Positions 49,680-60,163 of a stretch of DNA of 64,000 bases are shown here, one piece after another. A program made the position numbers and the translations under genes. How positions within the stretch are numbered: the first letter of the stretch is position 1; every line of letters begins with the position of its first letter. Under the pieces are notes generated by a model. It made no database searches and was not told the DNA's origin. It worked only from the letters and a program-made list of their open reading frames with translations. The stretch is from assembly GCA_965248265.1 (NCBI GenBank), contig CBDFJF010000002.1:2720001-2784000 (forward strand), given 5' to 3'. Origin of the DNA: Candidatus Latescibacterota bacterium (GTDB taxonomy: Bacteria > Latescibacterota > UBA2968 > UBA8231).

Positions 49680-49839
49680 GACAAATAAGTGGCGTTATGG
49701 TGAGTTTAGATCCGTGTGGGCAGTGGTGTCGAGCGAATCAATGAATCTTTTTGAACGGCGGAATGCGGGGTTGAGGCCATCGACGGGCATTCCGAAGGAG
49801 AAGAATCCAGGGCTGAGCGGTGGTTTTTCCCGTTTTTCG
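49678..49839 (-). mobile_element. IS91 family-B oriIS remnant, cut at its CT by IS110
   Basis: Matches 60168 onward; the terminal ATAC is replaced by the IS110 left end. Confidence 0.8.
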
Positions 49840-49849
49840 GAAGTGCGGC

Positions 49850-50109
49850 TCCTCATTTCGGGCCTCAGCGTTGTGGCCGCAGCAGAGACGATCGAAACCA
49901 GAATCAACAACCTGTTGCTCGGACCATCGCGTGGGGAGCCGGCAGCCAACAGGGAGAGCAACTCTGACGAGGAGTGGCTGGCGTTCGATGTGCCCCCGAG
50001 GTTTCTCGCCGTCGGCGACAATCTCGTCGGTATCCGACTGAGCACGCCGGTAGACGGAACCGTTAAGGTCGAGAGGCTGGAGCTTCCCGTTTTCTACGGC
50101 GGAGACTGA
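49850..50109 (+). pseudogene. Orphan C-terminal beta-sandwich fragment of a GHL10-like protein
   Basis: WLAFDVPP..LAVGDNLVGIRL...VERLELPVFY resembles C-termini of 1144-2772 and 22020-23624. Confidence 0.55.
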
Positions 50110-50119
50110 GCTGATGCGG

Positions 50120-51100
50120 TCACTGCCATTTGAGCAGAACACCAATCAGAGCGGGGTCCCACTGTGTCAACATCGCAAACGCGTCGGCGGCGTCTTCAGC
50201 GGCAAATCGATGGCTGATCAGGTGATCCACCTCGAGCCGTCCGTAGCGCAGGAGCTGCAGCACGGCGGAGGCATCGTCAGCCATCGTCCACACACCCGGG
50301 CGCGTGCTCGGGGGCCGGGCACCGTGGTGGGCCCCGTGCACGATGACGCCTTTGGCGTGCACGGTGCTGTAGAAGTTCACCTCTGACACCCCACGCGTGC
50401 TGGCCAACAGAACGACGCGGCCATGTGGACGCACCAGCTCAAAAGCCGTGTTTGCTGGTTCGGGATGACCGGTGGCTTCGATGACGACCGCGGGACCGCC
50501 GTCGAGATCCGCCGACAGTGTCTGCAGCGCGCTATCTGTACTGACGTCGACGATGAGATCTGCACCGTTGCGGCGACTCACTTCGAGTCGTGAGGCGTCG
50601 GTGTCGATGCCGATCACCGGCAGTCCGCCTTGCAGCCGAGCCAGCTGCAGCGCCAGCAGCCCTACGAGGCCCTGCCCGATCACCGCCACTGACTCCCCGA
50701 GCTCGATCGCCGGTCTGCGCACGCCCTGCAGGGCGATGGCACCCATGTGAAAGAAGACGGCATGCTCAATGTCGAGGCCCTCGGGAACACGGGAAACGGT
50801 GTCAGCCGACACGACCGCGTGCCTTGCATGCGGAGCCGCGGCGACGATGCGATCGCCGACGGCGAACTGGTCGACATCCGGTCCCAGAGCAGCGACACGG
50901 CCGGCGAAGCTGTAGCCCGTCTGTTGCGGAAACTTCGAGGCCGTATTCGGCAAACCCAGAAGCCAGGCGCGCTCGATACCCGGGCTGATGAGCGTACATT
51001 CCGCCTCGAGCAGTAGATGCCCATGAGTCAGCTCAGGCAGGTCGAGGTTCTGAAGCTCGACGCGCCCGGGCTCAGTACAGATGACGGCTGTCGTTTCCAT
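50120..51100 (-). CDS. MDR (zinc-binding type) alcohol dehydrogenase
   Basis: ISPGIE, GYSFAG.V, VIGQGLVG, VIEATG, LISHRF. Confidence 0.88.
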   Translation of the reverse strand: METTAVICTEPGRVELQNLDLPELTHGHLLLEAECTLISPGIERAWLLGLPNTASKFPQQTGYSFAGRVAALGPDVDQFAVGDRIVAAAPHARHAVVSADTVSRVPEGLDIEHAVFFHMGAIALQGVRRPAIELGESVAVIGQGLVGLLALQLARLQGGLPVIGIDTDASRLEVSRRNGADLIVDVSTDSALQTLSADLDGGPAVVIEATGHPEPANTAFELVRPHGRVVLLASTRGVSEVNFYSTVHAKGVIVHGAHHGARPPSTRPGVWTMADDASAVLQLLRYGRLEVDHLISHRFAAEDAADAFAMLTQWDPALIGVLLKWQ

Positions 51101-51190
51101 GATTGCCCCTTTGCTGTTCGCGCAGCTCCTGATCGCGAATGGCGTATTTATTATATTGAACGACCCAGCGTCAAGGAGGCGGATTCGAAG

Positions 51191-53239
51191 GTGGCCAAAC
51201 GAATCAGCGTTGCAGTCAGAGAACGAGGTACAGAACGAGGGATCGCCGGCGTCGCTGTGACGACGGGTGAAGGCGTCGAAACCACAGATACGAACGGTCG
51301 ATGCGCGATCGACGTCGACGCGCTCGCCCGCTGGGTATGGATCTCGTGCCCCCAGGGAAAACGCGCGATAGACAGCTTCTACCGCCCGCTGCCAGCCGGT
51401 GAGGCGGTCTTCGAGCTGGCCGATGAGCCCGCCTCGACTGGCGACGAAGCACGTCTCGTACAGTTTACTGACACCCACGTAGTCGGCGTCGGCGACAGGG
51501 TCGCCGCGGCCGACCTGGCCGCTGCCCTCCGAGCGCTCGTAGCAGAATCAGATCCAGACCTGATCATCGCCAGCGGTGACCTCACCAATCTCGGCACAGA
51601 AGCGGAGCTGGCCGAGCTGCAGAGCGGTCTCAAGGCTGTCGACAGGCCGTTGTTCCTGATGTTCGGGGGACACGACGGTAATTCGGAGCGCCACCTCGAA
51701 GGCAGCGAGCCGCCCTTCACACTCAACTGGGAGGCCTGCTTCGGGCCGACGTACTACAGCTTCGACTGGGGAGGACGCCACATCGCTGTGTGGCCCAATG
51801 AGGAACATTTTTTCTCGGATGCCGAGCGCGAGCGCAAGAGGCGGTGGCTGGACGCCGATCTCGCGTTACATGCGGACAATGGCAACACGATCCTCGTCAT
51901 TCACACACCGCCGTCGACAGCTGAGTTTATCAATCAGATGCGCGAACTGGGTGTCTCTCTGATCCTGCATGGCCACTGGCATTCATCGAAAGCCTTCGCA
52001 TATAACGGCGTGACTGTGGCAGCGACCGCCCCACTGTGTTTCGGCGGCATCGACACAACAGCCAGAGGGTATCGCGTCATCGAGTGGAAGGGGTCGACAA
52101 CACCGCCGACGCGATTGGTTGCGCTCGGGGCGGAACATCTGCAACCGGCAACTCCGGAGCGTATTGGCCCGTTTCAGCTGGCCTGGGCGAAGGACGTTGC
52201 CACCGACTCTGGCAAGTCCTTCACCCCGGCTCACCGGGCGGCGCCGGCGGTACGTGGAGATTGTCTTCTTATCGGTGGAGGCTGCGACGACGCCGGCGCT
52301 GTGCAGTGCCGCTCAGCTTCTACGGGCGAACTGATATGGACAGCAGATCTGGAGTCGTCACCCCGCAACAGCGTGACGGTAGTCGATAAACGTGCGCTGG
52401 CTCTGGCGATGACCGGGGCGTTGTACAGTCTGAGAGTTGATGACGGCAGCGTCGAATGGCGCACAGATCTCGAGGGATGGCCTGGTCGCTGGCTGTACAC
52501 CGCTCCCGTCCACGCCGACGGGATCGTCTACGCCGGTGGCAAGGCAGGTTTCGGGGCCTATCGAACAGATTCGGGTGAACCCACATGGTACACCGAGCTC
52601 GAACAGAACGACGCGTGGTCATGTTACGCGAATCCTCTTATCGCCGAGGATGTCATCGTGCTGTTTGTGTCGAGGAGAGGTCTGCTCGCTCTGTCGCGCA
52701 TCGACGGCAGCATCGCCTGGGAAACCGAGCTCGATGTCGAATACTATTACGCAGCTCCCGTGCGCGTTGGGGAAGACCTTGTCACAGGCGGCAATCGACA
52801 GAGCCTGGCGCGCTTGCGCGTAAACAACGGCGAGATCATTTGGCACGAAGAGAGCCTGGCCGGCAATTACGCCTCCGGACTGGCCGCGGACGACCAGCGC
52901 ATCTATGTGTCGACCCCTGCGGGCGCGATTCAAGCCCTCGAGGCGGAGACCGGCCGGGAGCTGTGGCGAATGAATACGGGAAGCGATCTGCTCGACATGA
53001 CACCGTACGAGCGGGGCGTCTGCTCGCTGCTGGCCTCACCCGTGCGCATGGGGCCCTGGCTGATCGCCGGCGCCAACGACGGTGTGCTCAGGCTGCTCGA
53101 TCCCTCCAGCGGCGAAGTGCACGCGCAGGTTGGACTGGGAACGCCAATCACAGCGCCTGTGCAACCCATTGGCGAGACGGCCTTCCTGATGACGACGTGG
53201 GACGGAAGACTGCTTCGCTACGACAGCGCGGAAGTCTGA
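51191..53239 (+). CDS. Metallophosphoesterase fused to PQQ-like beta-propeller
   Basis: TDTH, SGDL, GGHD, HTP, HGHWH; repeated ..G...W motifs; AAGGAGG RBS before GTG. Confidence 0.85.
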   Translation: MAKRISVAVRERGTERGIAGVAVTTGEGVETTDTNGRCAIDVDALARWVWISCPQGKRAIDSFYRPLPAGEAVFELADEPASTGDEARLVQFTDTHVVGVGDRVAAADLAAALRALVAESDPDLIIASGDLTNLGTEAELAELQSGLKAVDRPLFLMFGGHDGNSERHLEGSEPPFTLNWEACFGPTYYSFDWGGRHIAVWPNEEHFFSDAERERKRRWLDADLALHADNGNTILVIHTPPSTAEFINQMRELGVSLILHGHWHSSKAFAYNGVTVAATAPLCFGGIDTTARGYRVIEWKGSTTPPTRLVALGAEHLQPATPERIGPFQLAWAKDVATDSGKSFTPAHRAAPAVRGDCLLIGGGCDDAGAVQCRSASTGELIWTADLESSPRNSVTVVDKRALALAMTGALYSLRVDDGSVEWRTDLEGWPGRWLYTAPVHADGIVYAGGKAGFGAYRTDSGEPTWYTELEQNDAWSCYANPLIAEDVIVLFVSRRGLLALSRIDGSIAWETELDVEYYYAAPVRVGEDLVTGGNRQSLARLRVNNGEIIWHEESLAGNYASGLAADDQRIYVSTPAGAIQALEAETGRELWRMNTGSDLLDMTPYERGVCSLLASPVRMGPWLIAGANDGVLRLLDPSSGEVHAQVGLGTPITAPVQPIGETAFLMTTWDGRLLRYDSAEV

Positions 53240-53263
53240 GGAGCTCCACATTCGAAGGCCACG

Positions 53264-53716
53264 ATGATCGACGCGAATAGAGACGAGTTTCTCGAGCAAG
53301 GATATGTGATCCTCCGCGGGGTGATCCCGCCGGATCACCTCGAAGAGCAGAGAAGTCGCTGGGAGATGCTCGTCGATCGGCAGCGGGAGATCTGGACTCG
53401 CGAACGCGGACCGGACGACCCGCCGGGCGGCCAGTGGGAGATCGGTGCGCAGCCGCGACTGAGCCTGACTCGGAAGGGACTGATAGACGCTGAGACAGCC
53501 AACGCTGCCGAGCTCTGGATGCATGAGAACCTGCAGGGTGTGAGCAGCCACCTGCTGCAAGAGGAGGATGTTCCGGTCACGGCGATGGCGCTGATGTGCA
53601 ATCCCGTCAGCGATCGCGGTCCTGCCGCGTGGCATCGAGACTTCTACCCGCCGCTGAATGCTCCGCTGATGGCGTACGTCGACGACATTCTCGAGAGCGG
53701 ACCGCAACTTAGCTAG
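53264..53716 (+). pseudogene. PhyH family dioxygenase, 3'-truncated
   Basis: EFLEQGYVIL, WHRD, ends at ESGP before the QWN/PGSH/distal His seen in 19060-20328. Confidence 0.75.
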
Positions 53717-53731
53717 CCGGAGGTCTTTGCT

Positions 53732-55273
53732 ATGATGTCAGATATCTTGGATATCGGTGATCGCAGGCAGGTCTTTATCGATGGCCGTTTTCTTCAGGTC
53801 TGTCGAGGTATCGAGCTGGTGGTTCATCCCCCTAGGAAGACTGGGGAGCTCACTATTAAGCCAGAACATCCTTGGGAGGCTCGGATCGATGGTTCCTGTT
53901 CGGTTTTGAAAGTGGGAGATTTGTATCACTTATGGTATAAAGCCGTAAGTAAGGGGGGCATAGCTTACGCCAGTTCTAAAGATGGCATTCGCTGGGAAAA
54001 GCCAATGCTAGGATTAGCAGAGGTCTTCGAATCAAAGCGGAACAACATTGTGCTTGGCTATGGTGCCGGCGGAGTTAAGGGCGGTGTTCAAACAGCGATT
54101 GTGTTTCTGGATCCGAATGGCACCGAAGGGCAACAATTCCGTATGGTGGCCTTTGTGGGTGAGCTCGGACGTGGTCTCCATGTGTTTTCTTCTGGAGATG
54201 GTATTCAATGGAAATTGATGCACCAGTGTGTAGTGTCTGACCGTAACAAGAGGCATCTAGATACTCTGAACGTGATCTTATGGGATGATCGCATCAATGA
54301 GTATGTTTCTTATGTGCGGCGAAATCTATGTCGCGATAGAGTGCGTAGCCGGACAGTAGCCAGAGGGCAATCCGCCAAGCTCTCCAGTTTTCCTGACGTG
54401 GAAGATTCTCCGGTGGTACTTGGTTTCGACCATCTCGATCCCCGAAATTATGATCCCGGTAAGAACGCATCTATACCAGTCATCGATTTCTATACTAATG
54501 CCACAATCAAGTATCCATGGGCGGAAGACGCTTACTACATGTTCCCCTCCGCGTACTATCACTATCGCTCTGAATTCTTGGCTGAATTCAAGGGTGAAGT
54601 ACCCCCTCCTCACCCAACTCTTGCTTACTCCACCTTCAATGCAGGCACGGTTGATGTACGCTTCGCTGCCAGCCGCGACGGAATCCACTGGAACAGGTAT
54701 GACCGTCGGGCCTTTGTGCCCTTAGGGATGAAGGGAGATTTTGATTCCAAGAGCAATTACATGATTCACGGATTGGTTCCTGCTCTTAACGAACGGGAAA
54801 TGTACATGTACTATGGAGGAAGCGACCGCCCGCACGGTTGGGGGGCACACGGTCGTCTTGAACGTAACAATCAGCTCCTTACTCAAGCAGGTCTGGCTCC
54901 CACAGAGGACATCTCCGCGATCAGCCGCTTGGTCTTCCGTCGTGACGGGTTCATATCAGCCCGAGCTGCCTATACTGGAGGAGAGTTCACGACTCCAGTA
55001 CTGAGATTCAATGGAAACGAGCTAATGTTGAACGTGGACACGTCAGCGGTAGGAGAACTTCGGGTGGAGATCCTGGATGAGCTGGGAGCTATCACTCTCT
55101 CTGGATCAGCTGGCTACAGACTCGAAGATTGCGACCGCATTCACACAACCAACGAAATCAACAGAGTTGTAACCTGGCAAGGAAAATCAGACATCAGTGA
55201 ATTGGCTGGAAAACCTATTCGACTGCGTTTCGTTATGCGTGATGTCGACCTTTACGCATTCCAATTCAGCTAG
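53732..55273 (+). CDS. Five-bladed beta-propeller glycosidase-like protein (lower GC)
   Basis: RQVFID, YASSKDGIRWEKP, SRDGIHW, RRDGFIS. Confidence 0.7.
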   Translation: MMSDILDIGDRRQVFIDGRFLQVCRGIELVVHPPRKTGELTIKPEHPWEARIDGSCSVLKVGDLYHLWYKAVSKGGIAYASSKDGIRWEKPMLGLAEVFESKRNNIVLGYGAGGVKGGVQTAIVFLDPNGTEGQQFRMVAFVGELGRGLHVFSSGDGIQWKLMHQCVVSDRNKRHLDTLNVILWDDRINEYVSYVRRNLCRDRVRSRTVARGQSAKLSSFPDVEDSPVVLGFDHLDPRNYDPGKNASIPVIDFYTNATIKYPWAEDAYYMFPSAYYHYRSEFLAEFKGEVPPPHPTLAYSTFNAGTVDVRFAASRDGIHWNRYDRRAFVPLGMKGDFDSKSNYMIHGLVPALNEREMYMYYGGSDRPHGWGAHGRLERNNQLLTQAGLAPTEDISAISRLVFRRDGFISARAAYTGGEFTTPVLRFNGNELMLNVDTSAVGELRVEILDELGAITLSGSAGYRLEDCDRIHTTNEINRVVTWQGKSDISELAGKPIRLRFVMRDVDLYAFQFS

Positions 55274-55528
55274 CTGGCAGTTCGTTCGATCGATCCTGCT
55301 GACCTAGAAACGATTCAAATCAACCTGTTCAATCTAGCCGCTCGCTCATAGCCGCTCTCTCGCCTTTTCACCAGAGCTAGCCAACTTTGGCTGGAAAACC
55401 ATGTTCTGTCAATGCTATTGACCTGACGGTCTCCTACTAATTCCCCATCCTCGATCTCCAGGAAAACGTGAAGAGCGCTTCTGTCAAGCGTGAGGGCGAG
55501 GCCTGCCGGGCATCCCGCTTTTGGGTAC

Positions 55529-55844
55529 GCTTAGTGGTTATAAGGTAGGTTATCGTTAGTCGATCCGGTGTTGTTTTTTCGCTTTTTTCGTGTTGATGGC
55601 GGTCGCTTTGGGTTGACGGTCTTCGAGTGAGCACTTGAGGCTGCGAATAGGGCCGGAGGGGAGTGGCTGTGAACGAAGATGGGATTCACAGCGATGGATC
55701 GGGACACAGCGGTGCCGTTGCTGCGACGGCGAATCGATCTCAGGCGGCGAAATCCAGCTCAGCTTGGGGATTGGGGCGTGCCGGGGCGATCGGCGGTGCC
55801 CGTGATGGCAGGCCGACGCCCTCCAGATAACGAACAATAGAACG
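55529..55844 (-). mobile_element. IS91 family-C oriIS remnant, copy 1
   Basis: SIVRYLEGVGLPSRAPPIAPARPNPQAELDFAA* + 3' region ending TTATAACCACTAAGC; direct repeat of 57394-57710. Confidence 0.85.
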
Positions 55845-55970
55845 CTTGGCAAGTTATGAGGATACTAATGATGCTGAACGGCTATGTGTTGATCCGCCAT
55901 GCGTCAGGGTGTCGGAGAACGAGCAAAGGATAAAACGGTAGGTTTTGTGGGCGTGATTTCGCCTTCAATA

Positions 55971-56842
55971 TTATTGTTCCCCTTGCTGCACTGCTCGCCA
56001 TGCTGGCAATGGCAAAACTCGGTTACTCTCGCGGCCGAAGCCAGTTATCTCCAGTCTGTCACCGGGGACTCTGACAATTGCATAAGCATTGGCAGTCGGC
56101 GTTTCGACCATTCCTTTGAAGGTAACATGGTGTATACCTTTCTGGAAACCGTAACCCCCGGCATGAGCGTGGCCCGCAAACCACGCCACGACGCAGCCGG
56201 AATTTTCGATGACTTCCAGCACGGGCTCAGTGACTGTCGAGTACATTGAACCAGGGCTAGATGGTAGTATTGGGTAATGGCAAAAACAGATTACCTTCTC
56301 GCCTTTTTTTATTGCCTGATCTAGAGTCGAACGAAGCCAGGCCAATTGCTCGTCCCCAATGATCCCAGATCCTGCATCCATGCCATCGAGCACGACGAAA
56401 CGCCAACCCTTCCTGGAGGGGATAGTGAAGTCGTAATAGAATCTCTCCAAGCCGAGTTCTTCGCGCAGAGTCTCCTTGCCCACCGAGACGCAATGATTGC
56501 CGATTACATGGTAGCGAGGCGCTTCAGCCTGATTGTAAATCTTTAAAACTGCTTGCAGGTACTCTCTGGGGCGGCTTTCGACGATGTCTCCGGTTGTATC
56601 ACAAAATCCAGATCCCTATTATTCAGATCCGCAATGCATTTGGTGAGTTTTCCAAGGGAAGCTCGGAAGTAACGTGATGACATGGTGTCATAGTCGCCAT
56701 ACTGGATATCCGCCAACACACCAAAAGTCAGCGGCCTGTCCTCTTTTTCCTGAGTCTGTGAGGACTTACCACACCCTGATAAACACAGGTATGCCACCGA
56801 AAGAGCGATGACTGTAATTCTGTCGACGCCTTTGGATCTCAT
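55971..56842 (-). pseudogene. Metallophosphoesterase lipoprotein (Mn-dependent ADP-ribose/CDP-alcohol diphosphatase-like), frameshift near 56592
   Basis: LSGC lipobox, ADIQY, (L)GD, GNH, HYP, AGHAH split over two frames. Confidence 0.75.
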
Positions 56843-56955
56843 TCTGTGCTCCTTCAAAACCTAGTGGGATAGAGCACAATTTCCCACATACGCACCCGCC
56901 TATGGCAATCTGCCTTAAATGTGGATCTGCTTTTTATAACCGACATTTCCCAGCT

Positions 56956-57064
56956 GGGATTTCCCATACTGCATATCCTTGCTTAGCTACGCCGCTAAGC
57001 CTCATTTCCGATAGAATACCAGATCTGTGAATATCCACGGTTTTTCGCCGTTACTGGAAGACCT
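56956..57064 (-). repeat. ~110-bp promoter/leader element, copy 2
   Basis: Reverse complement aligns with 6413-6525. Confidence 0.75.
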
Positions 57065-57393
57065 TTCAGTCAAAAGGTAATCGGAGAAATACGAATTTAC
57101 CAGCGTATAATTACTCCTGAGACGTACCTCAACCACCAAAGCGGCAAGAAAACCATTTTTTCCAGTAATGCTCAGCGTCATCGAGCCCCTGGAGTCTGTG
57201 GGCGGTTTGACTGATAGGAGATTGCTGTCTGGACGATAGCGCAGAGTCTGGAGAAAACAAGGTGTGAGAGACCACTGGCTCCCCCGAGCTTACCCTCTCA
57301 ATCATTGCGGGTAACGATCCAGCCTGGGTGTTGGTCAGTGCTGGCGAGGCCGTCGGTATTGGCGAGGAAGTCGAAGGCTTTGGTGTCGCGAAC

Positions 57394-57849
57394 GCTTAGT
57401 GGTTATAAAGTAGGTTATCGTTAGTCGATCCGGTGTTGTTTTTTCGCTTTTTTCGTGGTTGATGGCGGTCGCTTTGGGTTGACGGTCTTCGAGTGAGCAC
57501 TTGAGGCTGCGAATAGGGCCGGAGGGGAGTGGTTGTGAACGAAGATGGGATTCCCAGCGATGGATCGGGACACAGCGGTGCCGTTGCTGCGACGGCGAAT
57601 CGCTCTCAGGTGGCGAAATCCAGCTCAGCTTGGGGATTGGGGCGTGCCGGGGCGATCGGCGGTGCCCGTGATGACAGGCCGACGCCCTCCAGATAACGAA
57701 CAATAGAACGGGGCTCGGTAAGGGCCGCGACGACGGAGACCGGTCTGATGACCGGTCTCTTGGAGTTTGCCTACGGCAAACTCCCCTTCATTGCGGCCGC
57801 CGCAGGCCAGGCATACGGTAACGTCCACGCGAAACATGCAGCAACCGGG
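57394..57849 (-). mobile_element. IS91 family-C remnant, copy 2 (longer transposase stub)
   Basis: FRVDVTVCLACGGR..MK[insert]VVAALTEPRSIVRYLEG...; ori end followed by GTTC. Confidence 0.85.
57735..57785. repeat. 51-bp double-hairpin insertion
   Basis: GAGACCGGTC-TGAT-GACCGGTCTC and GGAGTTTGCC-TAC-GGCAAACTCC between the MK and VV codons. Confidence 0.85.
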
Positions 57850-59163
57850 TGCAGCAACCGGGCTGATAGGTAACAGTCTAAACCGGGTTGATGGGTGACA
57901 CTATTGTTTTGATTGAATTCACTCCCGTACGATCATGTCCCTCTCGTCGACGGTGGCTAGGAGGACGGTGTTGAAGTAGATGGCCCAGACGCCGTCGTCG
58001 ATCTCCTCGAGACCGATGTCGAGATGCTTGAGAGACTGAGCGATGAAGATGAGCTTGTGGCCGAGGCGTATGGTCCCGGCTCGGGTGACGTGCTTGATGA
58101 CGAAGTGACCGGGGTACTCAATGGTCGGCATGCGGCCGGGATAGGGCCGGGGTGATGGGTGGTACCGGGAGCCAGGAGTCTTGCCGTTGAGGGCGTCATG
58201 GGGACGCTCGTCGTTGTAGAGCTGTCGGAAGCGCTGGAAGGATCGCTGCTGGGCGGCCTTGTTGGCGGCGGGTGGCCGACAGGTAGCGGCCTTCAAGGTG
58301 CGATGCATGCGTTCGTGGGCGCCATTTTCCTGCGGCGATGCCGGGCGGATCCGCTGGTGCACGATGCCGAGCCTCATCCACCAAACGTTGAGTCGGCATA
58401 GCCCATGCAATCCTCTGGAAGCAAAGGGAACGCCGTTGTCGGTGCGAATGGCCTGAGGCAGGCCGAATTCGCGGAAGGCTCTCTCGAAGACCGGACGCGC
58501 ATGCAAGGTCTTGATGTCGGGCAGGGCGCGGCAGGTCAGGAGATAGCGAGTGTGCTGATCGCTGATGGTGAGAGGGAAACACCAAACTCCGTTCTTGGTA
58601 GGAAATTGGCCTTTGAAGTCGGCCGTCCACAGATCGTTGGGGTTGTCGGTGGTCGGCGGCACGGCTCCGGGGTGCTGACGTGGGCGTCGTCGTCGTCGCT
58701 TCTTCACCAGGCCTTCGCGCACCAGCAGATCGCCTGCCGTACTGACCGCCGGCCAGGAGCAGATGTGCGGATGTCGAGGCGCCAGCCAGTCCAACAGTTT
58801 GTTCGGTCCCCAATCGGGGTGCCGTGTGCGCGCTCCGAGAATGAGCTCGGCAATCTCTGGCGCCATGCGATGCGGACAGGTGTGGGGCGCGTGACTGCGG
58901 TCCTGTAACCCGGGCACCCCCTCTTCGGCGTGCCGCTGAAGCCACTTGTATCCGGTTTTGCGGCTGATCCCGTATCGCTCGCACAGCTCCGCTCTCGAGT
59001 AGTGCCCGCGCTGATCGTCGGCGATAAATCGCTTACGTTGTTCCATGGGTGCTGTCTCCATCCAGGGCATCGACCAACCTCCCAATTGGGGTTGGTCAAA
59101 AAGTAGAAGGAGTGTCACCCATCAACCCGGTCAGATGTGTTACCAATCTACCCGGTTTGTACC
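57850..59163 (-). mobile_element. IS481-family element (outer limits approximate)
   Basis: Perfect 21-bp inverted repeat 57882-57902 / 59111-59131 within longer imperfect IRs. Confidence 0.85.
57919..59070 (-). CDS. IS481-family DDE transposase
   Basis: MPW.E, YGISRKTGYKW, WTADFKG, IRTDNGVPF, PQENGAHERMHRTLK, YNDERPH. Confidence 0.95.
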   Translation of the reverse strand: MPWMETAPMEQRKRFIADDQRGHYSRAELCERYGISRKTGYKWLQRHAEEGVPGLQDRSHAPHTCPHRMAPEIAELILGARTRHPDWGPNKLLDWLAPRHPHICSWPAVSTAGDLLVREGLVKKRRRRRPRQHPGAVPPTTDNPNDLWTADFKGQFPTKNGVWCFPLTISDQHTRYLLTCRALPDIKTLHARPVFERAFREFGLPQAIRTDNGVPFASRGLHGLCRLNVWWMRLGIVHQRIRPASPQENGAHERMHRTLKAATCRPPAANKAAQQRSFQRFRQLYNDERPHDALNGKTPGSRYHPSPRPYPGRMPTIEYPGHFVIKHVTRAGTIRLGHKLIFIAQSLKHLDIGLEEIDDGVWAIYFNTVLLATVDERDMIVRE

Positions 59164-59312
59164 ACACGCGTGCTAACAAGGCGGCCCAGGCCCGGCGATG
59201 ACGGCGGGCGGGTGCTGATTCAGCAGCTTCGCCGGGGACTGTCTCTGGGTCCTGGGACACTTCTTCCAGCCACGAGCCTGTGCAGGGTCAGCAGGGGCTC
59301 CCAGCCGTGGAC

Positions 59313-60062
59313 CTACCTGGCCATCATCAGCTCGCGCGTCGTCACGCCGTCGTCGGTCAGGCGCACGAGCAGGAAGCCGGTGGGCACGTCGTCGAAGTTC
59401 CAGGCCGCCGAGCGCAGGACCCAGGCTGGTGAGGTGCCGATCGTGAAGCATCGTGTCGGCAGGTGCTGGTGACCGAAGAACAGGGCCGCGGGACGGGTGC
59501 GCGTGACCAGGTCGATGAAATAACGGGCGTCGTGTGGTCCCATCGACATGTCGTCCTCGATCGCCTCGGGATGCGGCGGGATGTGGGCGAAGACCACCTT
59601 GTGCGGCTCGGGCCGTGCCAGCTCGGTCTCGAGCCAGGCGCACTGTCCCCGAGGCTGAATGTCCTGACTGACCAGGTGGCCCACGTGATCGCCGCCGGCC
59701 CCGCCATCGCAGACGACGATGAACCGTACCCCGGCGTGCACGAAGGAGTAGTAGTCGGAGGGCTCGCCGTCGACACGGAAGTCGTGGGGGAAGATGGAGT
59801 GCAGCTGCTCCTTGCGCTCGCGTCCGTGCTCGTGGTTGCCGGCCACGGCGTGCACCGGCACGCCGGCGGCGGCCAGTTCCGCCGGGTCGAGCGCCCAGAG
59901 GTGGATGTCCCCGAGCAGGAAGAGGAACTCCGGCTGCTCGGCCGCTGGCAGCTCGCGGATCAGCTCCAGGCAGCGACCGAGGCGCTCGGCGCCGAGGATG
60001 CCGGTCTCGGGACGCTGCTGCGAGCAGTGCAGGTCGGCGATGACGGCGAAGGGAAAATCCAT
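59313..60062 (-). CDS. Calcineurin-like metallophosphoesterase
   Basis: ADLH, LGD, AGNHE, HIPP, GHQH. Confidence 0.88.
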   Translation of the reverse strand: MDFPFAVIADLHCSQQRPETGILGAERLGRCLELIRELPAAEQPEFLFLLGDIHLWALDPAELAAAGVPVHAVAGNHEHGRERKEQLHSIFPHDFRVDGEPSDYYSFVHAGVRFIVVCDGGAGGDHVGHLVSQDIQPRGQCAWLETELARPEPHKVVFAHIPPHPEAIEDDMSMGPHDARYFIDLVTRTRPAALFFGHQHLPTRCFTIGTSPAWVLRSAAWNFDDVPTGFLLVRLTDDGVTTRELMMAR

Positions 60063-60163
60063 GGCGGTCTCCGGCGTCAGCTCAGGTCGGCAAGGACGCG
60101 CGCGAAGAGGTGCGGTTGGATCTCAGGGCGCCGGTCTCTTCGTGCAGCTTCCTGGCCGCGGGA

